This document shows positions 35,716 to 44,835 of a stretch of 49,944 nt of DNA, piece by piece. Both the position numbers and the translations under genes were made by a program. The notes beneath the pieces were generated by a model that searched no databases, was not told the origin of the DNA, and worked only from the letters and a program-made list of their open reading frames with translations. The DNA comes from Dehalococcoidia bacterium. GTDB taxonomy: Bacteria; Chloroflexota; Dehalococcoidia; GIF9; AB-539-J10. The stretch spans positions 1 through 49,944 of the forward strand of contig JBGPRV010000001.1 of NCBI GenBank assembly GCA_041489785.1, read 5' to 3'. Numbering within the stretch: position 1 is the first letter of the stretch; each line of letters starts with the position of its first letter.

Positions 35716-35984
35716 TATATTTAGCCTCTCCTTTACCTTTAGAGTCCTCTTTAAGACAATAGTAGCACTTGCAGGGAGAGGCATCAACAAACCAGGTGAT
35801 GAAAGGTATTAATCAGAGAGGGAATTGGCTTCGAAATGCTGTATTTGATCATTGAGCTATTCACGCATTGAACAAAACTGACAAATGTGCAGTTGCGTCC
35901 ACTCGGAACACGATACCGGAGAAAATGGACCCATAGAACGCATGCAAAGACAAAGCTGACCAAAATCAGAGCAATAGCGGCGTC

Positions 35985-37637
35985 CTAACAGAATTCTAGG
36001 ATATGTATTGTATTAGTATTGCCTGGCGTCGCGACAGAGAATGGCAATCCAGGCTCAATACCCAGCGTCAACGGAACACAAACTTTCTTTCCCGTCCTTG
36101 GTTCAACCAGGCTCTTCCCATTTATTTTGCTTTGTTGAACGATCTCTTTCGCGCTTTGGATGATGTCTTCGAACCGCTCGGGCTTCTGATCGACAAGCAC
36201 TGGATACACACCTCTGTAAAGCATTAGCTTGTTTGCGCTTTTCTCAATATCGGTGATGGCTATTATTGGCTGAGCAGGTCTGTACTTGGAAATCTTCATT
36301 GCCGTATCGCCCGATGAAGTGCTGACGACAATCACTGGCGATTCCAAGTTTCGTGCAAAGAGGACGGCTGACTCTGCGATGGCTCTTTGTTTGGTAATTT
36401 CCTCTTTGTCCAGATCAGTCCCAAGTAGGGTCTCCTTGATTGTCGAGAGCGCACCAAGATACCTCAGAGACTCTCTTTCAGTTCGTTGCGATTTTTCCGC
36501 TTTCAAGGCTATCTGCCTCATTGTAGCTACGCACAATCGAGAGTTCTCGCTTGCTGCGGTCTCCTCAGACAGCATCATGGCGTCCGCGTAATTGAGCACA
36601 GCCGTTGCCACATCGTTTGCCTCCGGCCTAGTTGGTCTTTCGTGCCCCTTCTCACACATCGAAAGCAACATTTGGGTCGCTATGATCACTGGCTTCCCTT
36701 GCTGAATCCCTCTTCGCGTCAGATACATTTGGATTAACGGAACATCCTCAGGGGATTTTTCTACTGCCAAGTCACCTCTGGCAACCATTACGCCACCAAA
36801 ATCACGGACAATGGCGTCCAAAATTTCATACTCCCCATTTGTATCTGTTGCCACTGCTTGATACGTCTCAACCTTGGCTATTAAGATGGGTATTCGCCTT
36901 TCTCCAGTCACATTGTCTGGATAATAAATGTACTGGTTAGCTATATTATCAAGCATGTTTACATCTGAAGACTTTCTGACAAAAGAAAGTGCAAGGAAAT
37001 CAAAAGCATTCGATATGCCTAGCTTCCTCAAATTCTGAATCACTTCAATATCAACGTCGGTTAGCGTGTTCTCATTAACGACCGTGTCAGGAAGATTGAA
37101 TCCCTTGTTTTTTTTAATGAACTGCTCGGACGAAGAAACTACCTTACAAATCAGATTGTGCTGTTCAACCTTCTTGTCTATGACCTTTAGTCTTATTTTC
37201 CCATCGTCAAGAAATATTTTATGGTTCTTTTGTATATCGCTTACAAAACCGTGATATGTCACAGAGCATCTTTCTTTACTGAAGCAACCGCTATCAGTCG
37301 TAAAGGTTATTTCATCGCCTGTTTGTATGGGGATGGGCTGAGGTAGGTCGCATATCCTGATCTTCGGCCCACAAATATCAAGAAGCATTCCGATGGGTCT
37401 TTGCATCTCATTGCTTATGTCCCTGACGTCGTCGACGATTCTCTTGACATGCTGATAACCTTCACTCTGAAGATTAGACGGGTGTTCGATATGCGCAAGA
37501 TTGATTCGAATGACGGTAGCACCCTCTTGCACAAGTTCACCCAGATATCTCTTGCTGTAAATGTCAGAGCCACCGACAGTTGCAATTATGCAAGTTTTTG
37601 GTAAATCCAAGGGCTTCGATTTCAATATCTTTGCCAT
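35985..37637 (-). CDS. Pyruvate kinase-family protein (550 aa)
   Basis: PK motifs: CIIATVGG, VIRINLAHIEH, LDICGPKIRI, MVARGDLAVE, ATQMLLSM...RPTRPEANDVATAVLNYADAMMLSEETA. GGAGGG SD. Confidence 0.85.
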   Translation of the reverse strand: MAKILKSKPLDLPKTCIIATVGGSDIYSKRYLGELVQEGATVIRINLAHIEHPSNLQSEGYQHVKRIVDDVRDISNEMQRPIGMLLDICGPKIRICDLPQPIPIQTGDEITFTTDSGCFSKERCSVTYHGFVSDIQKNHKIFLDDGKIRLKVIDKKVEQHNLICKVVSSSEQFIKKNKGFNLPDTVVNENTLTDVDIEVIQNLRKLGISNAFDFLALSFVRKSSDVNMLDNIANQYIYYPDNVTGERRIPILIAKVETYQAVATDTNGEYEILDAIVRDFGGVMVARGDLAVEKSPEDVPLIQMYLTRRGIQQGKPVIIATQMLLSMCEKGHERPTRPEANDVATAVLNYADAMMLSEETAASENSRLCVATMRQIALKAEKSQRTERESLRYLGALSTIKETLLGTDLDKEEITKQRAIAESAVLFARNLESPVIVVSTSSGDTAMKISKYRPAQPIIAITDIEKSANKLMLYRGVYPVLVDQKPERFEDIIQSAKEIVQQSKINGKSLVEPRTGKKVCVPLTLGIEPGLPFSVATPGNTNTIHILEFC

Positions 37638-38077
37638 ATATGAACCCTCCGCCTCTATTCATTGGATTGTTTGGCTATTATAAAGCAATTGGGGTCACTG
37701 TGTCACGACTCTGACGTCACGGCACGCACATTCTTGTGACCGTGCACCTGAGGTATGCCCCAGCATCATCTCCATTTGCTGCATTGGTTGCAACCACATT
37801 GCACAATCACTCATTTTGTGTTGGGCATGCGGCAAAGAGGGAATTGGCTCAGCAATGGCGAAAAACCCACCTTTTTCCAAAACATGTCTAGTTCCAACGT
37901 TTACCAAAGTTATTGACAAGAAATAATCTTCAGACTACAGTTTAGACAAAGCCTTTTTGCAACTTTCCAGATATAATGTTAGGAAGGCTCTCGAGATGGG
38001 GCCTGTGGGCGTGTTATCGTAAAACAAAAAATGCAAAAGAATAACTCTATCTATTCTGGTAGGAAAGGAGACGCAGA

Positions 38078-39292
38078 ATGAAAGATCCATTTTGGGGAGA
38101 ATCAGTTGTTCTTAGGGAGGTACGAGATGCCTTTGTTGCACAAGGCGGTGGCAAACTGGAAGTTATCATTGGTGTCAAATGGGGCCATACGATTAAAGAA
38201 GTGATAAAAAAGTTGAAGGACATGCGTATAGAGGGTGTCAAGGCCACAGACCTTTACGTCTTGGCTAATCTTACTGAAAAACAAGTGGATGAGCTTGCCA
38301 AGGAAGAAATGGTCTTCAAGATTTGGCACAATAGAGAAATGAAACCCATGGTAGACCAGTCTTCAGTTACAATAAAAGCTTCAGCAGCCTCACAACTGTT
38401 TGGTGCAACAGGAGATGGGATAAGCTGGGCAGTGCTTGATACCGGCATCAAGGCTGACCATGACTATTTTAAGGATGAGCCACATATTGTGAAGAATGAC
38501 CGATACAATTCCACCGATGAGCCTTACGATGACACCGTGGGACACGGCACTCATGTTGCCGGGATTATCCGCAAGATAGCACCAAAGACAACGCTCTACG
38601 ATTTTAAGGTGCTAGGGAAAAGGGGCGGTACATCATTTATGATTATAGAGGCTATGTACCTGATAAGGAAGATGAATCTTGAGGCTAGGCGATTGATAAT
38701 CCATGGGGCTAATCTGAGCCTGGGCGGGCCAGTGCCGGTGGGCAGTTATGGGTGTGGGTTTTCACCTGAATGTCAGGAGGCGAACCACTTAGTGGATTCA
38801 GGGGTGGTTGTCTGTGTGGCCGCCAGCAACGACGGATATAAAACCTTAGCTACTATCGCTAGTGGTAACGAACTTGAGTATTTTCCTACTTCCCTGGACA
38901 TGGGAATATCCGATCCTGGTAACGCAGAAAAAGTGATTACTGTAGGGTCAACTCACAAGGCTTCCCCTCACCAATATGGAATCTCTTATTTCTCTTCCAA
39001 AGGGCCTACCGGCGACGGGCGCTTCAAGCCCGATGTGGTGGCGCCAGGGGAGAGAATAAAATCTGCAGGCATAAAAAACAAACACGACACAGTGGAATTA
39101 AGCGGTACCAGCATGGCTACCCCGCATGTCTCGGCGGCTATAGCCCAGTTCCTGTCAGTTAAGCAAGAATTTATTGGATGCCCGGATAAAGTCAAAGAGA
39201 TTCTGATGAGCACCTGCACTGACCTCGGCCGAGACAGGTATTTTCAAGGTGCTGGCCTGATTGATGTCCTAAGAATGATTCAAGCGGTCTGA
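38078..39292 (+). CDS. Subtilisin-like S8 serine peptidase without a signal peptide
   Basis: Catalytic triad motifs VLDTGI (Asp), HGTHVAGII (His) and SGTSMATPHVSAA (Ser). The N-terminal ~100 aa resemble a propeptide. AAGGAG SD. Confidence 0.9.
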   Translation: MKDPFWGESVVLREVRDAFVAQGGGKLEVIIGVKWGHTIKEVIKKLKDMRIEGVKATDLYVLANLTEKQVDELAKEEMVFKIWHNREMKPMVDQSSVTIKASAASQLFGATGDGISWAVLDTGIKADHDYFKDEPHIVKNDRYNSTDEPYDDTVGHGTHVAGIIRKIAPKTTLYDFKVLGKRGGTSFMIIEAMYLIRKMNLEARRLIIHGANLSLGGPVPVGSYGCGFSPECQEANHLVDSGVVVCVAASNDGYKTLATIASGNELEYFPTSLDMGISDPGNAEKVITVGSTHKASPHQYGISYFSSKGPTGDGRFKPDVVAPGERIKSAGIKNKHDTVELSGTSMATPHVSAAIAQFLSVKQEFIGCPDKVKEILMSTCTDLGRDRYFQGAGLIDVLRMIQAV

Positions 39293-39306
39293 TAAGGGGG
39301 CTTGAT

Positions 39307-40545
39307 ATGCTCTTGAATGTAGCCTTTCTGGACGTCTTTCACGGGGATTGTGCCGTTGTCACCTTTAACCAAGATGGGAGGAAGGCCTGCATCGTGGTTG
39401 ACGGGGGCGAAAAGCGTGACGCCGCCAAGAGGCTGGCTGCGTATCTTAAGCACGAGAAGGTCGAGGTCATAGGCTTGCTGGTGGCAACGCACATTGACTC
39501 AGATCATGTGAACGGACTGGTGCAATTCCTCAAATCGGAGAGCGGTAAGACTACTAGCTGGAATAAGGGAAAGGAGAAGTGCATTAGATATTATTGGGGG
39601 CCGAAGCCGGACCCAGACTGGGCTCCTCCGCCGCCAACAAGAACAAGGGGTGCCTCAATATCACCCTCGTTGACTCCCCAGTTGCAAACCATGGACTTTG
39701 TTATTCAGAGCGTTGAACAGAACCAGCAACTGAGTGATCTGGTGCAAAAACACATCATTGATGCCGATAACATTTACTACCCCTCCCTCAAGGAGATGCC
39801 CCCTCTCGATATTTTTGACGGTATCAGCCTTGAATTCCTGGCACCGGATGTACAGATTCTAGATAGCACCATACAGAAGATGGCTTTGAGCGTGAGTAAT
39901 CTCCCCTACAAGCAGACACTATCCAAAAAGGCTCCTGCTGGAAGGAGGCGGCGTCTGACCCTCGCAGACCTGCGCGGCACCCTGGCCATGAACGCCGAGC
40001 GTATAGCGGAAATTGCCAAACGGAACGCCAACAACCAGAGCATTGTTTTTAGGCTTACGCCGGCAGATGCCTCTGGGTGGAGCTTTCTCTTCACCGGAGA
40101 CGCTGAGGAGGAAAGCTGGGAGATGATGAGGCACATGCCTCGAGCGAAGAAGAAGTTGGCGGCTAGGGTGTTAAAGGTGCCTCACCACGGAAGTATTAAC
40201 GGGATTAATAAGGCATCTTTCAAGGTAATTAACCCAGAATACAGCATTATCTCTGTGGGACAAAAACACGGTCTACCAGACGGTCAGACATTGAATCTGA
40301 TTAAAGGGGATAGGAAGAGAAAACTATTCTGTACGGAGAGAAACAATAGCGGAACCGAACCAGGACCATGTGGTGAGAAAGAATGTATCAGGAAGGAAAA
40401 ATCGTATTTTAGAAGCATCCGATTCTCTATCGACACGGACACAGGAGAGGAAAAGATTGACATATTTACAATTAATGCAAAGCTAGGGGGCATCGAAATT
40501 AAAACTGGTGATATTTGGTGTCGTGAGAACAAGTGGCCGACTTAG
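39307..40545 (+). CDS. MBL-fold metallo-hydrolase (ComEC-C-terminal-like)
   Basis: Motifs: LDVFHGDCAVVTF, IVVDGG, ATHIDSDHVNG (HxDxDH variant of the HxHxDH motif), FTGDAEE, KVPHHGS. The start lies 14 nt after the S8 stop, with an AAGGGGG SD. Confidence 0.8.
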   Translation: MLLNVAFLDVFHGDCAVVTFNQDGRKACIVVDGGEKRDAAKRLAAYLKHEKVEVIGLLVATHIDSDHVNGLVQFLKSESGKTTSWNKGKEKCIRYYWGPKPDPDWAPPPPTRTRGASISPSLTPQLQTMDFVIQSVEQNQQLSDLVQKHIIDADNIYYPSLKEMPPLDIFDGISLEFLAPDVQILDSTIQKMALSVSNLPYKQTLSKKAPAGRRRRLTLADLRGTLAMNAERIAEIAKRNANNQSIVFRLTPADASGWSFLFTGDAEEESWEMMRHMPRAKKKLAARVLKVPHHGSINGINKASFKVINPEYSIISVGQKHGLPDGQTLNLIKGDRKRKLFCTERNNSGTEPGPCGEKECIRKEKSYFRSIRFSIDTDTGEEKIDIFTINAKLGGIEIKTGDIWCRENKWPT

Positions 40546-40711
40546 GTCCTGCTTATGTCACCGAGGAGTTCTAGGTATTGTCCCCTTGGTGGATCTAAAT
40601 TTGTGAAGTAACCGAAGTTAGCTCTGTTTAGCAATGCCTACTACTATCAAGTGATAATACGATCGAAGTACCACGATTGGATCCTCTAATGCCCCAACCT
40701 GTTTGTACAAT

Positions 40712-40737
40712 ATAGCGTTTTGTGACTCCTTAACTCC
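40712..40737 (-). repeat. Inverted partner of the 26-bp element at 3521-3546
   Basis: atagcgttttgtgactccttaactcc is the exact reverse complement of 3521-3546. Confidence 0.8.
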
Positions 40738-40925
40738 CCAGTATACCTTGGACATCGAGCTGATAAAGCCAACTTTTCATCGGAAAGTGACCTAACAACT
40801 CTGCCAAATGTTGAGCTTGATGATTGCTTCGTGCAGACAAAAGTATCCTGGCATTAGCGAGCACTGACTTCTAGATATCAGAAGCGGCGTAGTCTATAAT
40901 AGATTCGTTGGAGTGGAAATCACAG

Positions 40926-41624
40926 ATGAAATGTTATTTCCAAGGCTGTGCCAAAGAAGGGACAACGAAAGAACACATTCCGCCAAAAGCCTTTTTCCCT
41001 GAAGACCAACGGGAACAGTTGATTACCGTAAGATCCTGCAGAGATCATAACACCGAAAAATCAGGTGACGATCTCTACGCTCTCGCACAGATTTGCCTGA
41101 ATAGCTCACCTCGGAACCGGGCTCGGGAGGTCTTCATGAAGTGCATCTCACCACAACTTGGATTTAATGAGAACGCATTTCGAAAACTTTTGATTCGGGA
41201 TTCGGTCCTGTTAGGGAATGGAGCGGTCAAATACAGAGTTGATATTCAAAGGCTCGATAACTTTTTCAATGCTCTATCCTGTGGCTTAATCTGCCACGTC
41301 GCTAAAGATCAGCTTCCCGAGAATTTCTCAATGCAAAATATTTATCACAATTTGCTCGACGAGTCATTGTCTCTCGAAGAAACTGAGTTGATAACGTTAA
41401 CGGAACGGTTTTACGAGAGTGAGACTCCAGAAATTCTTCATTTTGGTGAGGCAAAATTGCACAACGAAGATATCTACACAGCGAAGGTATTTGGTATTGC
41501 GGGGTTTCATTCTTCTATCACAATTGTGCATCTATTCTTTGGACATTTTAAGGTCACTTCAATGCTTAGCCGTATATGGCACAACAATCGCATGATGAAC
41601 AAGACTCTGACGACTGAAATTTAG
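40926..41624 (+). CDS. Hypothetical protein with an N-terminal HNH-like zinc/His motif (~232 aa)
   Basis: CYFQGC...TKEHIPPKAFF...SCRDHNTEKS resembles a Cx4C...(E)H...CxxHN..K HNH-type arrangement. GGAGTGG SD before the ATG at 40926. The ORF track starts at a TTG at 40908. Confidence 0.6.
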   Translation: MKCYFQGCAKEGTTKEHIPPKAFFPEDQREQLITVRSCRDHNTEKSGDDLYALAQICLNSSPRNRAREVFMKCISPQLGFNENAFRKLLIRDSVLLGNGAVKYRVDIQRLDNFFNALSCGLICHVAKDQLPENFSMQNIYHNLLDESLSLEETELITLTERFYESETPEILHFGEAKLHNEDIYTAKVFGIAGFHSSITIVHLFFGHFKVTSMLSRIWHNNRMMNKTLTTEI

Positions 41625-41633
41625 GAGCATAAT

Positions 41634-43124
41634 ATGCCGCGTGACTGCTTTATTATCATGCCCTTTTCTGCAACTGCATCTTGCACTAAAGACGAATGGA
41701 CACAGATATTTGAGCAGGTTTTAAAACCAGCAGTAGAATCAGCTGGTTTAGACTATGTTTGTAGGCGCTCAGTTGCAACAAGGGGAAACATAATTGGGGC
41801 GATAGTGCAGGACCTTAATGACTCATACGTAGTTTTAGCTGACTTGACTGACAAGAATGCCAATGTTTTCTATGAGCTGGGTGTGCGGCATGCAATAAAA
41901 GACCGCTCAATACTTATCGCTCAAAAGAGAGAAGATATTCCATTTGATTTGCAGGCATACGCTTATCATGTGTATGGATGGAAAACCCCAGAAGAGAGAC
42001 AGGCTTTGGCTGATAAAATCCGCCAGTTATTGGTGGAGATGGATAGCAGTCCAGCCCGTCCAGACAACCCGGTAAGTGATTTTCTCAAAGTTAGGCGCCC
42101 TGCAGAGACTGAAGTAGCAGCCGTAACCATAACCCCAGCCGAGGCGAAAATTGCCCAGCCATTGGCAGGGCCTGCCTCTGAGGGAGTTGATATACAGAAA
42201 CTAGTTGAAACTTTAATGGCACGCAATCGTCCTCAGGACGCTAGAATGATATACCGATTGACTAGGGTTGAACTAATACCTCTAATCAATAGAATCTTGA
42301 AATCTCTAAATGAGAAAGGGAAAGGTGGACAAATAGCAAAAGACCAGATATTTGCGAAGGCTATTGAATACATATCGGTAATCGAGCCTATAACCAACAC
42401 AATTGAACATTTTGGACTTGAGAGCACGCAAGAGGGTTGGACGCCGGGGCTTGAAACAGCCATGAAGTTAGCGGGGAATTTGATTTCGGTCAGCGAAAGA
42501 ACTCAGGCTGGACAAGTGATTAGATTTGCCCAAGGAGCACCGGCTTTGCTAGCTTGGAGGATGCTGTGCTTATGTGGTGCGAAAGCGTTGGATGACGAGC
42601 AGTTTCACCTGACAAAAATCATTCTGACAGAGCCCATTGAAGTTGAGGAGGCATCCGGCGGATTCAGCAATCGTCCATTACTTGAAAGGCGCGATTTGTT
42701 TTATCCGGAAGCGTTTCTGGGTTATGCAAACTACCCGATGCGATATATAGCAGAGTTATGGAATAGTAATAAACACTTACAATCATATTTTGACTCGAAT
42801 GATAATTTCCATATGGCGGTAGCACGATTCTTTATCCTCATCGCATTGGCAGTGAAGCCTAATAAAATGGGGCGTCCGATTTATCCTGGGTATCGTCTAT
42901 TACCCCAAGCAAGAAGAGCTATGTCATCCTTAACTAGCCACATGTTCTCATCAGCGGCCTACTTAAACAATATAGCAGAAGCAATCGGCGACACAGCGAC
43001 TAATTTAAAGGAGACGTGGGCACCCAGGGTTAAGGCAATCAATGAAGTCTCTTCAGGCGAATGGTCGCCTTTCAGAGATGAAGTTGGATTCCCTTCTAAG
43101 TTCGGTCAAGAAGCGCCCTCTTGA
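41634..43124 (+). CDS. Protein with a nucleoside 2-deoxyribosyltransferase/TIR-like (SLOG-type) N-terminal domain and an unknown helical C-terminal region (496 aa)
   Basis: CFIIMPF...VVLADLTDKNANVFYELGVRHAIKDRSILIAQ...IPFDLQAY matches the NDT-like strand-helix pattern with a conserved Glu in YELG. AGGAG SD. The start lies 9 nt after the upstream stop. Confidence 0.6.
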   Translation: MPRDCFIIMPFSATASCTKDEWTQIFEQVLKPAVESAGLDYVCRRSVATRGNIIGAIVQDLNDSYVVLADLTDKNANVFYELGVRHAIKDRSILIAQKREDIPFDLQAYAYHVYGWKTPEERQALADKIRQLLVEMDSSPARPDNPVSDFLKVRRPAETEVAAVTITPAEAKIAQPLAGPASEGVDIQKLVETLMARNRPQDARMIYRLTRVELIPLINRILKSLNEKGKGGQIAKDQIFAKAIEYISVIEPITNTIEHFGLESTQEGWTPGLETAMKLAGNLISVSERTQAGQVIRFAQGAPALLAWRMLCLCGAKALDDEQFHLTKIILTEPIEVEEASGGFSNRPLLERRDLFYPEAFLGYANYPMRYIAELWNSNKHLQSYFDSNDNFHMAVARFFILIALAVKPNKMGRPIYPGYRLLPQARRAMSSLTSHMFSSAAYLNNIAEAIGDTATNLKETWAPRVKAINEVSSGEWSPFRDEVGFPSKFGQEAPS

Positions 43125-43150
43125 CAAATGCGCAGGCGTCTGCTTATAAT
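43121..43150 (+). promoter_or_regulatory. Near-consensus promoter giving a (near-)leaderless padR transcript
   Basis: TTGACA (43121-43126), an 18-nt spacer, then TATAAT (43145-43150). The ATG is at 43156 with no SD in between. Confidence 0.5.
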
Positions 43151-43155
43151 TAATT

Positions 43156-43518
43156 ATGCGCAGGAAACCGGGTGACCTTATCCCCATCGAATGGTCTATA
43201 ATACAGGCGGCGTTCCAACTCCAGAAGGAAGGTATTGAGGAATTTCATGGTGTTCAGATTGCCATGAAGATCAAAGACGAGAAGGAAGCGCGCCTCTTAA
43301 CTGGGTATGGGACCTTATACCGTGCACTAAATCGGCTCCAGCAGCGGGGAATCCTCCAAAGCCGATGGGAAGAGCTACTACCTACAGACGGGAATCGGCC
43401 GCGACACAAGTATTATCGACTCACTGGTGAAGCGGAAGCTACAATGCTCTCAAATCCAGACACTGTAAGCACACCTAAGGTCTGTAAGAGTTGGGGCTTG
43501 GGGGTGTTGCGGGCATGA
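43156..43518 (+). CDS. PadR-family transcriptional regulator
   Basis: GYGTLYRALNRLQQRGILQSRWEE...RPRHKYYRLTGEAEA is the PadR winged-helix signature. Confidence 0.85.
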   Translation: MRRKPGDLIPIEWSIIQAAFQLQKEGIEEFHGVQIAMKIKDEKEARLLTGYGTLYRALNRLQQRGILQSRWEELLPTDGNRPRHKYYRLTGEAEATMLSNPDTVSTPKVCKSWGLGVLRA

Positions 43519-44444
43519 TGCTACTGTCCATAAGTCTGAGTATCATTATCGGCATACTTGTCAAAGCCTATGCCCTGCCTATTGTGCTGCGCATCGTGGG
43601 AATCAGGAATTGGCTATATGGTATCTTCTCCTCTGAAGAAGGTAAGGCGCACGGCGAGGAAATGCTGGCTAACCTGCCTAACGAAATCGATTACTACCGA
43701 CTTGAGGGCGATTCAAATGAAGTAATCGCAGCTAAAATCCTCTTGCGTCTCGTGACTGGGCTGCCGGATGATATCGCTATATGGGCGCCCTCCGCTCCAG
43801 CTCAGTTTGCCGATAAAGTTGCTGGGTGGAGCGAAGCTCTGAGGCACTACAGGATACCGAATGCCATGATTGTGGGTGTAGCCACTCTGGGGCTGATGAA
43901 CTACTCCTTCTTCAGCTCTCATAACAACCAGACAATCGGCAATTGGTTCCTCATGAACACCGTCGTCATCGTCATGACTATTCTGCTGTGGAAGCTGAAG
44001 CATCCGCTGGTCCACCGAATCCTCAACACGTGGATAGGCGTGGCAATTGTCGCCGGCATAGCCATTATGATGTGGTTGACCATCAATTACCGCCTCTATG
44101 AGATTATGACATTCAAAGTCCTCATGGTCGCTATGGTAGCGGTGCTGCCGACAATAATCGTGATTGATAAATCCTGGCGGAATCGGCTGTTCAGGGGCAG
44201 ATGGTGGCTCATCGCCGTCTGCTGGGTGCCTATTATAGCGGGCGCATTTGCCGGTTCCCTGCTGATAGCCCATGATGTCAAACCCCTGCTGGAGATATGG
44301 GCAGCGATGGCGCTGTTAGCCGTTGGTATGTTTATAGTATACGGTGCCACGGGGCTGGCCGCCTATATTCTGTGTTTACTTGGAGTCAGGGGAAGCGCGG
44401 GTGGATTACGTCTGGTGGCGTCCGGTATCCGCCGCCTGAGCTAA
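43515..44444 (+). CDS. Polytopic membrane protein paired with PadR
   Basis: Multiple hydrophobic helices. The ATG at 43515 overlaps the padR stop (ATGA). The ORF track starts at a TTG at 43491. Confidence 0.7.
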   Translation: MMLLSISLSIIIGILVKAYALPIVLRIVGIRNWLYGIFSSEEGKAHGEEMLANLPNEIDYYRLEGDSNEVIAAKILLRLVTGLPDDIAIWAPSAPAQFADKVAGWSEALRHYRIPNAMIVGVATLGLMNYSFFSSHNNQTIGNWFLMNTVVIVMTILLWKLKHPLVHRILNTWIGVAIVAGIAIMMWLTINYRLYEIMTFKVLMVAMVAVLPTIIVIDKSWRNRLFRGRWWLIAVCWVPIIAGAFAGSLLIAHDVKPLLEIWAAMALLAVGMFIVYGATGLAAYILCLLGVRGSAGGLRLVASGIRRLS

Positions 44445-44814
44445 AGTTTAACCTGCAGCGTGCAAATACCTGCCCAGTAAGTCAGCGGACCACCCACTCA
44501 ACTGCTGCGAAGCACCACGGTCTCCAACGAAAGCTGCCTTTGCCCTCAGGTGTAATATTTATAGGCGGATTTCTTCCCGCTATTGACGCTCACACGGGCA
44601 TATCTTAGAGTTCAGAGCAAACCTCACGGTGATATTGCACATTAGCCTGGATTGTGTTACCCAGCTACACAGTCCATCTCAATGTTCGACTGATTATTGC
44701 GACTCCTGGGACTGGCACCGTTCTACAAAGCGGCAATAGTATTCTGGGCTGAGTTCAGCTTATCGAAGTCATTTGACTAGTAACCCGGAAGCATATTCAC
44801 AAGGCATGCATTTA

Positions 44815-44835
44815 TGGTCCGCTTCTAACGGACTA
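44815..44835. other. Stem-loop whose 7-nt loop equals the tRNA-Arg anticodon loop (CTTCTAA)
   Basis: tggtccg-CTTCTAA-cggacta: a 7-bp stem (one G-T pair) around the same loop sequence that ends the att repeat. It overlaps the stop codon of the 132-aa gene. Confidence 0.5.

Noticed and set aside
37695-37919. 74-aa minus-strand ORF upstream of the pyruvate-kinase gene
   Set aside because: It has no SD, an unusual composition and no motif, and it lies in a promoter-containing intergenic region.
43713-44350. 186-aa and 84-aa minus-strand ORFs antisense to the PadR-linked membrane protein
   Set aside because: They lie antisense to an ORF with consistent transmembrane-helix periodicity and start/stop coupling to padR. 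They are shadow ORFs.
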